NCBI RefSeq assembly: GCF_006345805.1
Contig: NW_021831919.1
Coordinates: forward strand, 1 to 34,821
Reading direction: 5' to 3'
Source of the DNA: Octopus sinensis
Taxonomy: Eukaryota
Length of the DNA: 34,821 bases
In this document: positions 1-11,283 of the stretch, in pieces
Layout: each line of letters begins with the position of its first letter
How positions within the stretch are numbered: the first letter of the stretch is position 1
The notes under the pieces: model-generated
What the model was told of the DNA's origin: nothing
The model's input: only the letters and a program-made list of their open reading frames with translations
Databases searched by the model: none
Program-made: the position numbers and the translations under genes

Positions 1-43
1 CCAAATTTGAAACAAATATATTACCACTAATAATTTCATATAT

Positions 44-356
44 ATGTGTCTGTGTGTGTGCGTGTGTATGTGTGTGTGTGCGCTCGCGCGTGTGTGTAAG
101 TATGTTTGTGTGTATGTGTGTGTGTGCGCGTGCGCGCGCACCTTGTGTGTTTCTGCACGGGCGCATGTGTGTGTTTATGTTTGGGTGTTTATATATGTAT
201 CTGTGCGCGCGTGGTTTTGTTGTATGTTTGTTGTGGTTCTGTGCGCGCGTGTGTTGTGTATGTTTGTGGATGGTCTGTGCGCGTGCGAGTATGTATGTGT
301 GTTTGTGGTGCGCTGTGTGTATGTTTTGTGTGTGTGCGTATGTGTATGTGTGTGTA
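44..356. repeat. Compound (TG)n/(TGCG)n/(TATG)n microsatellite
   Basis: Visible dinucleotide repeats; explains the ORFs at 44-600. Confidence 0.95.
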
Positions 357-817
357 TCACCTACTAAGTAATGCGTTCAATAAAGATTACTGTTTTAAAA
401 TATGGGAATACTTTATTCAAATATTTTTCAGCCAAGACGACGTAGATCGAACACGACGAAGTCACGTGAATGGTCATAAACGGAAACGGAAGAAGAGACC
501 GAACAAGAGGCGGAAACGTCGAAGGAGAATGCGAGCAAGTAAGATAATAGACAGTTTCTTACACCCTTCTCGAAATTTATTACAAAATAACACTCATTAA
601 CGAATCGGCAAATATACACCTTGTGAGTGTATAAGGAGAAAATGGTAAACGAATAGAATTTGATTAAAAACGAAAAATTTGGAGTCATTTGGGTCGAACC
701 TTAAATGGTTTGATGTTAATAATGTTTTGTTGTAAAGTTTATTAAACTATCGAATGGAACAGTGTGAAAGAAAAAACTTACAAATTATAAGATTTTCAAC
801 TTTAGCCACTCCTACCT

Positions 818-1282
818 AGGCGTAGGAGTAGCTGTGTGGTAAGTAGCTTCCTGAGACGAACTACATAGTTCCGGGTTCGTCCCACTGCTTGGCACCTTGG
901 GCAAGTGTCTTCTACTATAGCCTCGGGCCGACCAAAGCCTTGTGAGTGGATTTGGGTAGATGAAAACTGAAAGTAGCCCGTCTATATATATATATATTAT
1001 ATATATATATATATATAATATTATATATATATTATATATATGCGTGTGTGTGTGTGTGTGTGTGTGTGTATGTTTGTGGTGTCTGTGTTTGTCACCCCAA
1101 CCATCGCTTGACAACCGATGCTGGTGTGTTGCGTCCCCTAACTTAGCGGTTCGGCAAAAGACACCGATAGAATAAGTACCAGGCTTGCAAAGGGTAAATG
1201 CTGGGGTCGATGTGCTCGAGTAAAGGCAGTGCTCCAGCATGGCCACAGTCACATGACTGAAACAAGTAAGAGAGTAAAAGAG
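818..1282 (+). mobile_element. tRNA-derived SINE family A (octopus-type), full length, with internal (TA)n(TG)n
   Basis: Head AGGCGTAGGAGTAGCTGTGTGGTAAG with B-box-like GGTTCG; body GGCACCTTGGGCAAGTGTC; tail GACTGAAACAAGTAAGAGAGTAAAAGA; about 11 homologous copies in the window. Confidence 0.9.
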
Positions 1283-2073
1283 TTTAGAATTTATAAAATC
1301 AAACAAAGAAACCATGCTACACATCCTGATGTCTGCGCACTCAAATAGCAAAACAAGTACAACAGCACCACACACACATCTCGACCTCCTTATCACCACT
1401 ATTCTCTCCTTTATTTCCATCACCTTCCACTCCTCCCCACCAAATAACACACGAAAATGCCCACATACAGAAATCAACTTTCTAATTGGTCAAAATTGGT
1501 AAACAGCTCTCAGTTAAACATTCATTAATGCTACTTAGCACGAAGAAATGAATGCATGAACATAAGCTACCCGCTGTCCGTGAATACTACGGACTGCATT
1601 GTAACCATCACACGAATACGGACTATGATCTTAAGAGATACGTAATTTGTGGAAACGTCCGTAGCGATGCGTTAAAATATTCATAAATTCCATCCAAGGA
1701 TTATTATTCTTAGTACTATATTCATCTTACATTATATCGGCATACTTCGGTGCAACCCAGAAAAACTGGTATTGCCAGTTGGCATCATAAGGCTATAGCC
1801 GGCATAATAGAATAGGAACTTTTATATACATATTCAAAACGTTTCCCATATACAAATTTAAAAGATATATATATATTTAAAATGATAAGAGTGGAAAATT
1901 GAATATCAATTTGATTAATATCAATTTAAAACCAATGGTCTAGCATATAGAAAAATCTGAAAATTCAGAAAAATTATATTACATACATATGAGAAGAATA
2001 CCACTAAAACCATAGAGGGTCGACTTCTAGCATAATGAATTGCCACTTAGTGGTCATCCCTCTTATATGTATG

Positions 2074-2120
<47 letters not shown>

Positions 2121-2231
2121 TATATAATATTTATATATATATATATATATGATATTAATTTACATCTAATGTAGGATAAATTTTTTTATCAATGGCCAGC
2201 ATATTTAAAAAATACCATTAAAGGTTAAATT

Positions 2232-2316
2232 TATAAACAACTTATAAATAAGGGCAAACGAAAAATTCAATGTCATTTGAAATTTTTCGTTTGCCCTTAT
2301 TTATAAGTTGTTTATA
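2232..2316. repeat. Perfect 36-bp inverted repeat with 13-nt spacer
   Basis: 2232-2267 TATAAACAACTTATAAATAAGGGCAAACGAAAAATT is the exact reverse complement of 2281-2316. Confidence 0.95.
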
Positions 2317-2509
2317 TATACACACACACACATAGCAGACATGTTGAATTGTGTATGTATATATGTATATACGTAATTATATATACATACATATCTAATA
2401 TATATATATAATATATATCACCACTCGTGTTGACATCTCCTTTTTTTAAATATATATATTATATATATATTCTATATATATGTTATGTGTGTGTGTGTGG
2501 TGTGTGGTG

Positions 2510-2540
<31 letters not shown>

Positions 2541-2542
2541 TG

Positions 2543-2700
2543 AAGTTGAAATTTACAGAAAACAAAAGACGAACAGAGGTGTATGAACAACAAGAAGGTG
2601 TATTATTAGTTTTGACGCTCGGGAATGTGAAAAAGTATTTTATGTTTCGAGCCTACACTCGTCTACGGAAAGGAATACGAGGAAATAAACAGAGAATGAA
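2543..2700 (-). mobile_element. Penelope-like terminal repeat fragment (inverted copy) with degenerate hammerhead motif
   Basis: Minus strand reads CTTTCCGTAGACGAGTGTAGGCTCGAAACATAAAATACTTTTTCACATTCCCGAGCGTCAAAACTAATA, homologous to 2930-3060 on the plus strand. Confidence 0.6.
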
Positions 2701-2899
2701 TGACGGACACTAACCTCTCCATTGGATTTTTTTTTCCTTCTGGCTGCACCTCTCCTACACGGATCAAAGTGACTTTGTTATTGATGTGAAATCCTTGAAA
2801 TACACCACGACGTCTACAAACTTTTAACCTTGAACTTGTTCGTAAAAACTGCCCTTTTTGTTTTCATTTTTTTCCTTTTATTTGCTCCTACACGCATTT

Positions 2900-3062
2900 T
2901 TTCTCTCCTTGTTTTTTTTTTCTGTGTATCTTTCTGTCGAAGAGCGTAGGCTCGAAACGTAAAAGACTTATTCTATTTCTATTCCTGAGCGCCATACTAA
3001 TACATTTGTTTGTTTGTACTTCACCTGCCTTTGTCTTTTGTTTATTTTCGTAACCTTCCCTA
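2900..3062 (+). mobile_element. Penelope-like terminal repeat fragment
   Basis: Contains the CTG.NGAAGAGC....GCTCGAAACGT motif typical of PLE termini, followed by a pyrimidine-rich tail. Confidence 0.6.
2929..2966 (+). ncRNA. Minimal type I hammerhead-ribozyme-like motif with variant core (CUGUCGA)
   Basis: Stem I TCTTT(2929-33)/AAAGA(2962-66); core CTGTCGA-A; stem II GAGC-GTAG-GCTC; GAAA; palindromic ACGT stem III; putative GUA cleavage site at 2961. Confidence 0.6.
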
Positions 3063-3155
3063 TATACATGGCGCTCGGGAATATTATATATATTATATAT
3101 ATATATATATATAATATATAATTTATATATATATATATATAATATATATATATGG

Positions 3156-3188
<33 letters not shown>

Positions 3189-3789
3189 ATATATATATTA
3201 TGTATGTATAAATGATGCTGGGTCTCACCCCCATAATCCCGTTATATAGTTTCATAATCTAATTACTAACTACTCCAACTTCCTATGAACAAATAGACCT
3301 TATATTCCGATAATCCATGTGAAATAACTAATTCATGATTCATAATAACTAATCCAATAACTAATCCTATAATCCTAATCTTTATTCCAGAGAAACGCAA
3401 CAAGAAGAAGCGACGAAAGTGGAAGAGAATAAAGCGTAAGAAGAAGAAGGTCAGACGCAAGCCGGTTTAAAGACTGAGTGAAAACTCAAAGCTGCACTCA
3501 ATGAAGCCATTATCGATTAGAGAATTCAAATGCAGAGAGAACAGACAACAGATATACTAAGAACGAGAGAAGAGAGCGAGAGAAAAATGAAAGTCATACT
3601 CAGAGAGTGACACAGAATGGGATTTTGGCTAACAGTTTGAAAGAACACTATAAACTAAGACGACAGCAAGATATGTTGAATAAATAATTGAAATATCCGT
3701 GAAGAAAGTTTAACCCTAGCAGATATTCAGGCTATCAACTGAAGGACAATTAACACAACACGAAAAGAAATGGGACTATATATATACAT

Positions 3790-4225
3790 GCATGGCAGTC
3801 ATCTATACACGCGTATATGCGTACGTACAACATGCATGCTATATATATATATACATATTTTGTTTATATGTATATATATATATAGGTATATATATAATAT
3901 ATATATATATATTATATATATATATATATAGATATATATATATTTATATTTATATATATATATATATTATATATATATATATATATTATGTATATATATA
4001 ATATATATTATATATATTATATATATATATATATACATATACAATATATATATATGCATATTTAAATATACACTTGTATATATTGTATATATAATATATA
4101 TTATATATCCATATATACAGATGTATATATATATATGATATATAATATATATTACATATTACAGATGTGTATTATATATATATAATATATATGATATAAT
4201 ATATATATATATATATATAATATAA
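3790..4225. repeat. Long imperfect (TA)n microsatellite
   Basis: Visible. Confidence 0.95.
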
Positions 4226-4354
4226 AGAAGATGATGGACAGAACATTCAATACCTGCTAAAATGTTTCAATAGCTTGGCAGTTATTCACAATGAGTGTAT
4301 TACGTAAGCCCAAATCGCGAGTCATTTTCAGACATCTGCAACCATCGGAATAAC

Positions 4355-4411
<57 letters not shown>

Positions 4412-4824
4412 TATATATATAATTATATATATCAAAAAACATATATATCTGCATATATGCTTACACACTATTTCAAATATAAATATAGAAATTTATTATA
4501 TAAACGACATTTTTTTGACTCCCATATGAACTCACAGATGTATGTATAACTCATTCACGTTGCACTGCTATACAAATTAGACTGACCAGTCCTATTTTAT
4601 ATACGCCAAATAGTTAAGAGCTACTAATCTCACAGTGGATAAAAAAAAATGTGTATTTCCTGCTTGTTGAAGATCGAAGATGAGTAGAAGCTAGTCAGAT
4701 CAATACGAATTTTTCTGCCAGCGGACATATTACAATTTGTTTGCAGCTTATTTTTTTTTGTATGTTTAATAAGATGTCTACCTTACATTTCAAATTATAT
4801 GTGTGAGTGTGAGAGTTTTTACAT

Positions 4825-4952
4825 CAGAGGTTCTCAACCAAAGTCCATATGGATCCTGAGGGTTCATATAAGTGTTTTCTTTTTGGTGGGGGTCCACGCA
4901 AGAAAATAGTACAACAGTATGTTAAGTTTCCCTGAAAACATTTGCTTTAAAT

Positions 4953-4996
<44 letters not shown>

Positions 4997-5197
4997 CTCA
5001 CAAAAAATCAGCTGGTTTTCGTGCTCTAACGTCTTACATAGTCCAGCCTACAGAAGTTAATGTGCGAAAAGCAAAGTAGGAATCTTGAAAGAAGTTTCTA
5101 TAAAAAACTAGTTATTAGACATCGATTAGCTATGGGACCGGTCCACCAGAATAGTGATCAAAGGGGTCCATAGATAAAATATGGTTGGGAACCCCTG
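4825..5197. mobile_element. hAT (Charlie-like) MITE, 373 bp
   Basis: TIRs CAGAGGTTCTCAACC / GGTTGGGAACCCCTG; degenerate 8-bp TSD TTTTACAT / GATTACAA. Confidence 0.7.
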
Positions 5198-5299
5198 GAT
5201 TACAAATAGGTAACTATACATACATATGTACCATACCATACATACATACATACATACATAAATACATACATACATACATACATTTATACATGATGATGA

Positions 5300-5600
5300 T
5301 GATGGCTGTTTACTCGTGACTGAGAAAGACCATCACTGACCATTGCCATACAAAATGTCAGCAATGCCTGTGCAACGTTTTTGGGCCAATAAAGTTTGCA
5401 CGACACCTCGAAGACCCTCTCCATCCTGTTGACATGATTCTGTGACAAGGTGAAGAAAAATGTCTTAAAGCCAATGTGGGTCGCAGGCTCAGGAATGTGG
5501 AAACACCATGATCTTATGCGCAAGCAAGAGATCCTTAAAATCTTCAATGCCATCCTCTACTTGTCGGGTTTTATATCAGAGTACCCTTCTTCAAGAAACA
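5300..5600 (+). mobile_element. Possible decayed L2/Crack-type LINE 3' coding remnant
   Basis: Stop-interrupted translation KFARHLEDPLHP...VGRRLRN resembles the ILxDPxHP...SGRRxR C-terminus of CR1/L2-group ORF2; recalled similarity only. Confidence 0.3.
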
Positions 5601-5674
5601 TGCTGAGGGTGGGGGTCTCAGCTCCTGTGTTCTTCTGCACCCCAGACACCATCTCGCAATTTCTAAGTGCTCCT

Positions 5675-5855
5675 CATACATACATACATACATACATACA
5701 TACATACATACATACATACATACATACATACATGCAAGCATGCATACATGCTTGCATGCATGCATACATACATACATACATACATACATACGTACATGCA
5801 TGCATACATACATACATACGTACGTACATACATACATAATACATACATACATACA
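5675..5855. repeat. (CATA)n/(CATG)n microsatellite
   Basis: Visible. Confidence 0.95.
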
Positions 5856-6282
5856 CAATTGCAAGCCATCCGATTTCTTATAGATGTGTGTACTAATCAT
5901 TGTATTTTTAAATGAAAACACAAATGTTATATAGATTCATACGTATTTGTATACATAATTATAAATATACATACATATATATATACATATATATGTGTGT
6001 GCATGGACATCTGCATGTAAGTGTACACAAAACCTTGTGTCTGTGTGTATGTGTTTGTGTGTCTGTGTGCGTGTGTATGCAATATATGTATATTTGTTAT
6101 ACGTAAGAGTTGTAACGATTATGTATGACACACATCAGACTCCAAATACAAAAAGAATATAATGTACATTTTTATGGTTTCATAAAAAAGAAAATTTAGG
6201 GTTGTGACTGAAGATGGCCACAACCTCTAGCTGAAACCGTTAATAGAGCCTCCAAACTCACATTAATACATACATACATACA

Positions 6283-6371
<89 letters not shown>

Positions 6372-6372
<1 letters not shown>

Positions 6373-6510
6373 TTTATTTAAAGCAGCAGGAAATTCAAAA
6401 CAAAATTTTGTTGAATTTTCTGCTGCTTCAAATAAAGCATATAACTCTACCCTGGTATTTGAGTACTCTTTTTCCACCTTGTTCACACATTATGTGTTTA
6501 CTCCGGTATA
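6372..6510. mobile_element. Collapsed repeat element: 27-bp-arm foldback plus a flanking segment repeated at 18322-18390
   Basis: CTTTATTTAAAGCAGCAGGAAATTCAA pairs with TTGAATTTTCTGCTGCTTCAAATAAAG (2 mismatches); ACTCTACCC(C)TGGTATTTGAGTACTC...GTTTACTCCGGTATA recurs near 18325-18390. Confidence 0.6.
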
Positions 6511-6530
6511 TATATATAATATATATATAG

Positions 6531-6580
<50 letters not shown>

Positions 6581-6747
6581 ATGCTACATGTTATGTGGTG
6601 TGTCATTATTACTTTACAATTAGAACAAGGGGTAAAAATGATTTCGAAGTTTCGGCCTGTGAGCCGCTGACTATAAATGAAGATATTGAGTAATTCTTCA
6701 GTTTAATGGTAAATTTTTACGTTACAATTTCATATAAAATCAAAATA

Positions 6748-6792
<45 letters not shown>

Positions 6793-6794
6793 CA

Positions 6795-6830
<36 letters not shown>

Positions 6831-7269
6831 CACATCTACATGTGTATGTGTGTGCGTGCGTTCGTCTTTGCGTGTGTGTGCATGCGTGTGTATATTATAT
6901 TACATTATATTATATCATTAATTGAGGAAAAGACAAGTTAATAAATGTTACGTGCGTTTCGGTGAACGTCCGCAATTTATTTCATAGTACATACAAAAGT
7001 ATTGCAATTTTTATACAATAAATTCAAAGTTAATTTACATCTTCAGACATTATAATTTTATTTGCAATCAACTTATATAATTCAGACATAAAAAAAAAAA
7101 ATGAAAATCATCAGCTTCTCCAGACGAATAAAGATTATTGGAAGTTACTGTTGGAAGGCGAGTGGCAGGAACAAAGTCATAATGACTGAACATTATGCTA
7201 ACATAAAAAGTAAGGTTTCGCCTAATACACGTTTGCGAAACCCGAAACGGTGGTAGAAGAGAAACACAA

Positions 7270-7284
7270 TATAATAATAATAAT

Positions 7285-7337
<53 letters not shown>

Positions 7338-7366
7338 TAAATAGTTCATAGTAATAATAATAATAC

Positions 7367-7423
<57 letters not shown>

Positions 7424-7435
7424 TAATAATAATAA
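7270..7435. repeat. (AAT)n microsatellite
   Basis: Visible. Confidence 0.95.
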
Positions 7436-7933
7436 GTCCCTGATGTAGTACCAGGCAGTGGCTCTCGTGGCTTCTGATCTTAACTGATTGGAAGTGTTAT
7501 CATTGTTTTGTCTTGGTGTAAAAGATGGGCTACAGCAAATATTCTGCTCAATACCACAGATTTGCTTGTCAGTTGTTTGGCCTTAACCAGTTGAGTATGT
7601 CCCTTAGTGGCTGACGATACGTGCATCTCTGATCACGAGCAGAAGTAGTGGGGGGAGCATCATAGCCATGTGTTGAGAGGGATTTTTTGGAGTTTGAATA
7701 AGTCACCTCTGGAAACATGGGTGTTTCGTTCAACATCCTTAAACAACCCTTATTCAGGGACCTTTTGAGTGGGATGGGTTAATCGACCATACGAAAATTC
7801 TAACTGGGCCCCACCTGCAAGGTCATGTGCTTCAAGGTCATGTCCTTATCAGACGGGTAGTCATGATGGGTATACTGGGCTTCGTATATTTTACCCCAGT
7901 GTCACCTTGATGGCATGCACTGCTCTCTCACTC
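7436..7933 (+). mobile_element. About 500-bp unclassified element embedded in an (AAT)n tract
   Basis: Non-repetitive, higher-GC block GTCCCTGATGTAGTACCAGG...GCACTGCTCTCTCACTC with sharp boundaries and (AAT)n on both sides. Confidence 0.55.
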
Positions 7934-7941
7934 AATAATAA

Positions 7942-7997
<56 letters not shown>

Positions 7998-8184
7998 TTA
8001 CAATAATAATAATAATGATCATGATAACAACAACAACAATAATAATAATGATAATAATAATAATAATAATGATAATAATAATAATGATAATAATGATAAT
8101 AATAATAATAATAATGATGATAATAATAATAATAATAATATAATAATAATAATAATAATGATAATAATAATAGTGATAATAATA

Positions 8185-8215
<31 letters not shown>

Positions 8216-8308
8216 TAATAATAATAATAATAATGATAATTCTAATAATGAGAATAATATAATAAATAAGAATAATAATAATAATAATAATATAATAATA
8301 ATAATACT
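7934..8308. repeat. (AAT)n/(GAT)n microsatellite
   Basis: Visible. Confidence 0.95.
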
Positions 8309-9072
8309 AATATAATATGTTCTGTTATTGACTTTTCTGTTTCAAAACGTCGACGTAAAGCTGAATAAGCTTTTTGATCTGTCAGCAATTTATCTTGGTT
8401 TTGGATAAGATCAACTTCCTTCAATACTTTTTGTTTTCAGCATCTAGAAGGTCTATTAAGATTGTATATTCATCCAACACTTTCTTCAGTTCAGCAACTT
8501 TTTCTTTGCAATATCATAGGATAACAGAGTGTATTTCAATAACAATTTAAAAAAAATATCGACAAATATCAGAACCTAATCAGGGAGAGAAAGAGATTGT
8601 GGAAAATTAAGATGGCTATTATTCCTGTAGAAGTTGCTGTGCTTTAGACAACGCCAAAACTGATAATGAGTCTTGCATTGTCGATATGTAGAAAAGTGCC
8701 AACCTGTAGAGAGCAAGAATGCAAGGATGTAAAAGCTTTGAAATAATTATCCTAATTTCACGTATTGTCTGCAATTCAACCGACGGATGAGAGTGGAATA
8801 GGGGCCTTGTCATATAAAACACGGTTGAAGCTACATGCCAAGGGCAGAGATCACGTGCTTTCGTGTGGAAATTTGTGTGTTTTTTTTTTAAATACAAATA
8901 GATGAAAGAATGGAGTTGAACGACGAATTAATATATATATATATATATACGCACTACATCTACATGCACGCACATGCTCACACATTTTTTGTTTATTCCC
9001 TGGTTATGTTTTCGAATTTCTCACCAAAGAAGAAAGAACTGGTTTCAATCTAGAGAACAGAACAGAACAAGG

Positions 9073-9187
9073 TATGTGTGTATGTATGTATGTAATATAA
9101 GTATGTATGTATGTATGTATGTATGTATGTATGTATGTATGTATGTATGTATGTATGTATGTAGGTAATGTATGTATGTATGCAATG

Positions 9188-9218
<31 letters not shown>

Positions 9219-9378
9219 TGTATGTATGTATGCAATGTATGTATGTATGTATGTAATGTATGTATGTATGTATGTATGTGATGTGTATGTGTGTGTGTGT
9301 ATGTATGTATGTATGTATGTAATGTATGTATGTATGTATGTATGTATGTATGTATGAATAATGGATGTATGTATGTAT
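9073..9378. repeat. (TATG)n microsatellite
   Basis: Visible. Confidence 0.95.
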
Positions 9379-9433
9379 AATGAATACAGTAGCACCCGGA
9401 TACACAGTCTCCTGTCCTTGGATATGTAGGACA

Positions 9434-9680
9434 GGACCGCATGGCTAATGGTTAGGATGTTGGACTCGGGATCTTAAAATTGCGGTTTCGATTCCTGGAT
9501 CGTGTAACGGGTTGTGCTCTTCGCAAAACACCACATTTCACGTTGCTCCAGTTCACTCAGAAGGTGAAAGTGAGTAACCGAGCGACGGAACGGCGTCACA
9601 TCCAGAGGGAAGTATATACACCACAAAAACCGGGAAACCGGCCTTACGAGTCCATATCACTCGGGAATTAGCTTTATCCT
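9434..9680 (+). mobile_element. tRNA-derived SINE family C (diverged copy)
   Basis: A-box-like TGGCTAATGGTTAG, B-box-like GGTTTCGATTCC; 3' GGAAACCGGCCTTACGAG shared with the 19540-19830 copy. Confidence 0.7.
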
Positions 9681-9772
9681 TTCACTTTTTGTTACCCTCG
9701 ATTATGCATACATACCCCGCCAACACACACACACACACACATACATACATACATACACACACGCACACACAC

Positions 9773-10003
9773 GGCGGCGAGCTGGCAGACACGTTAGCGC
9801 GCCGGGCGAAGTGCTTAGCGGTATTTCGTCAGTCGTTACGTTCTGAGTTCAAATTCCGCCGAGGTCAACTTTGCCTTTCATCTTTTCGAGATCGATAAAT
9901 AAAGTACCAGTTTCGCACTGAGGTCTATATAATCGACTCAATCCCTTCGTCTGTCCTTGTTTGTCCCCTCTATGTTTAGCCCCTTGTGGGTAGTAAAGAA
10001 ATA
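9773..10003 (+). mobile_element. tRNA-derived SINE family B monomer
   Basis: Head GGCGGCGAGCTGGCAGA, B-box-like GAGTTCAAATT, core TTTGCCTTTCATCTTTTCG..GATAAATAAAGTACCAG, tail GTAGTAAAGAAATA. Confidence 0.9.
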
Positions 10004-10131
10004 CACACATATACACACACACTCAAGCGCATAAATGCACTCCCAAAATGGTGGCTGTACAATGACTGCAACAAGTAAAAATATAAATAATGCATACATA
10101 CACAGATACATACATACATACCATACATACA

Positions 10132-10203
<72 letters not shown>

Positions 10204-10536
10204 TACGATGTAATGTAACGAAGTTTGCTTTTTGCTAGAAGCTTTGAGATGTATTGAAATATACTGATATGGAGATATTTTACTCTCAACGCATAATAAT
10301 AATAACAACGCTCAACAGCACATATAGGATCGAACATCCTTATATATATGTGTATATATGTGAAGTAAATAAAGTTACGTGAAAACATTGATATACTGGA
10401 AACAAAGCAGAGTGAAGCACAACAGGCTTAATTTTCTTTTCACCCCAAGTATTTTCTTTTTTTTGCCATTTTAATATCACCTTATTGTTGTTTTTGCTAT
10501 TGTTATTGTTTGTGTTTTATTATTATTATTATTATT

Positions 10537-10860
10537 TTATGTTTGACTTTTGCTTTACATTTGAACAAGTTGGCTCCAAGTCTCACCCAGAGACCTCAAA
10601 AGAGGAAGTTCAAGTTGGTGTAATGCTTAGGGTGCCATATATTTGGTTTTGTACATAGTGTTGTTCTAGAGAATGTTTAAGAAACCATAAGAAAATTGTG
10701 TTTATTTTAAAATTTGAAATTACATAGACAGTATTTTACGTAGGATATGGGCAGTTCCCATGAGCACTATCTTTTGAACCTCTGCCATTTTGGTGTTTCC
10801 TGGTATCTGAGCTAGGTAGCTATCAACTCCTTTTGCTATCATTCCTAGGGCACCTATTAT
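10537..10860 (-). mobile_element. 3' end of an R4/Dong-like (REL-endonuclease) non-LTR retrotransposon in (TAA)n
   Basis: Minus frame 10860-10720 reads IIGALGMIAKGVDSYLAQIPGNTKMAEVQKIVLMGTAHILRKILSM*, matching the IIGALG...QK.VL.GTA.ILRK C-terminus of R4/Dong ORFs; then a 3' UTR; (TAA)n on both sides. Confidence 0.75.
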
Positions 10861-10911
10861 TATTATTATTGTTATTATTATTATTATTATTATTTATTAT
10901 TATTATTATTA

Positions 10912-10953
<42 letters not shown>

Positions 10954-10954
<1 letters not shown>

Positions 10955-11119
10955 TTATGTTTGACTTTTGCTTTGCATTTGTACAAGTTGGCTCCAAGTC
11001 TCACCTCAAGAGACAACAAATTGGAAGTTCATGTCGGTGTTATGCCTAGGGTGCCATATATTTGGTTTTGTACATAGTGTTGTTCTAGAGAATGTTTAAG
11101 AAACCATAAGAAAATTGTG

Positions 11120-11125
<6 letters not shown>
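10954..11125 (-). mobile_element. Second, shorter R4/Dong-like 3' UTR copy in (TAA)n
   Basis: About 90% similar by eye to 10537-10705, with the same 3' terminus CAAAAGTCAAACATAAAA(TAA)n. Confidence 0.75.
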
Positions 11126-11181
<56 letters not shown>

Positions 11182-11283
11182 TATTATTGTCGTAATTGTT
11201 GCTAATCTTCTGCCGTTGATACTGATGTCCTTTTTCATTTCTTTCCTGTTTTATAATTGCTATTAATGAGTTCAATTATCACC

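Noticed and set aside
106-600. 164-aa ORF with a protamine- or NLS-like basic run KRKRKKRPNKRRKRRRR
   Set aside because: The first half is (TG)n and the basic run comes from purine-rich simple sequence; there is no gene structure.
818-900. tRNA gene-like A/B boxes here and at the other SINE heads
   Set aside because: There is no full cloverleaf and each continues into a SINE body.
3390-3700. Candidate exon ETQQEEATKVEENKA or a coiled-coil frame
   Set aside because: The frame has multiple stops, the phase is incompatible with the next candidate exon, and the product is unrecognised.
8619-8897. Kinase-like REIRIIISKLLHPCILALY segment
   Set aside because: No other kinase motifs or supporting exon structure; probably a chance resemblance.
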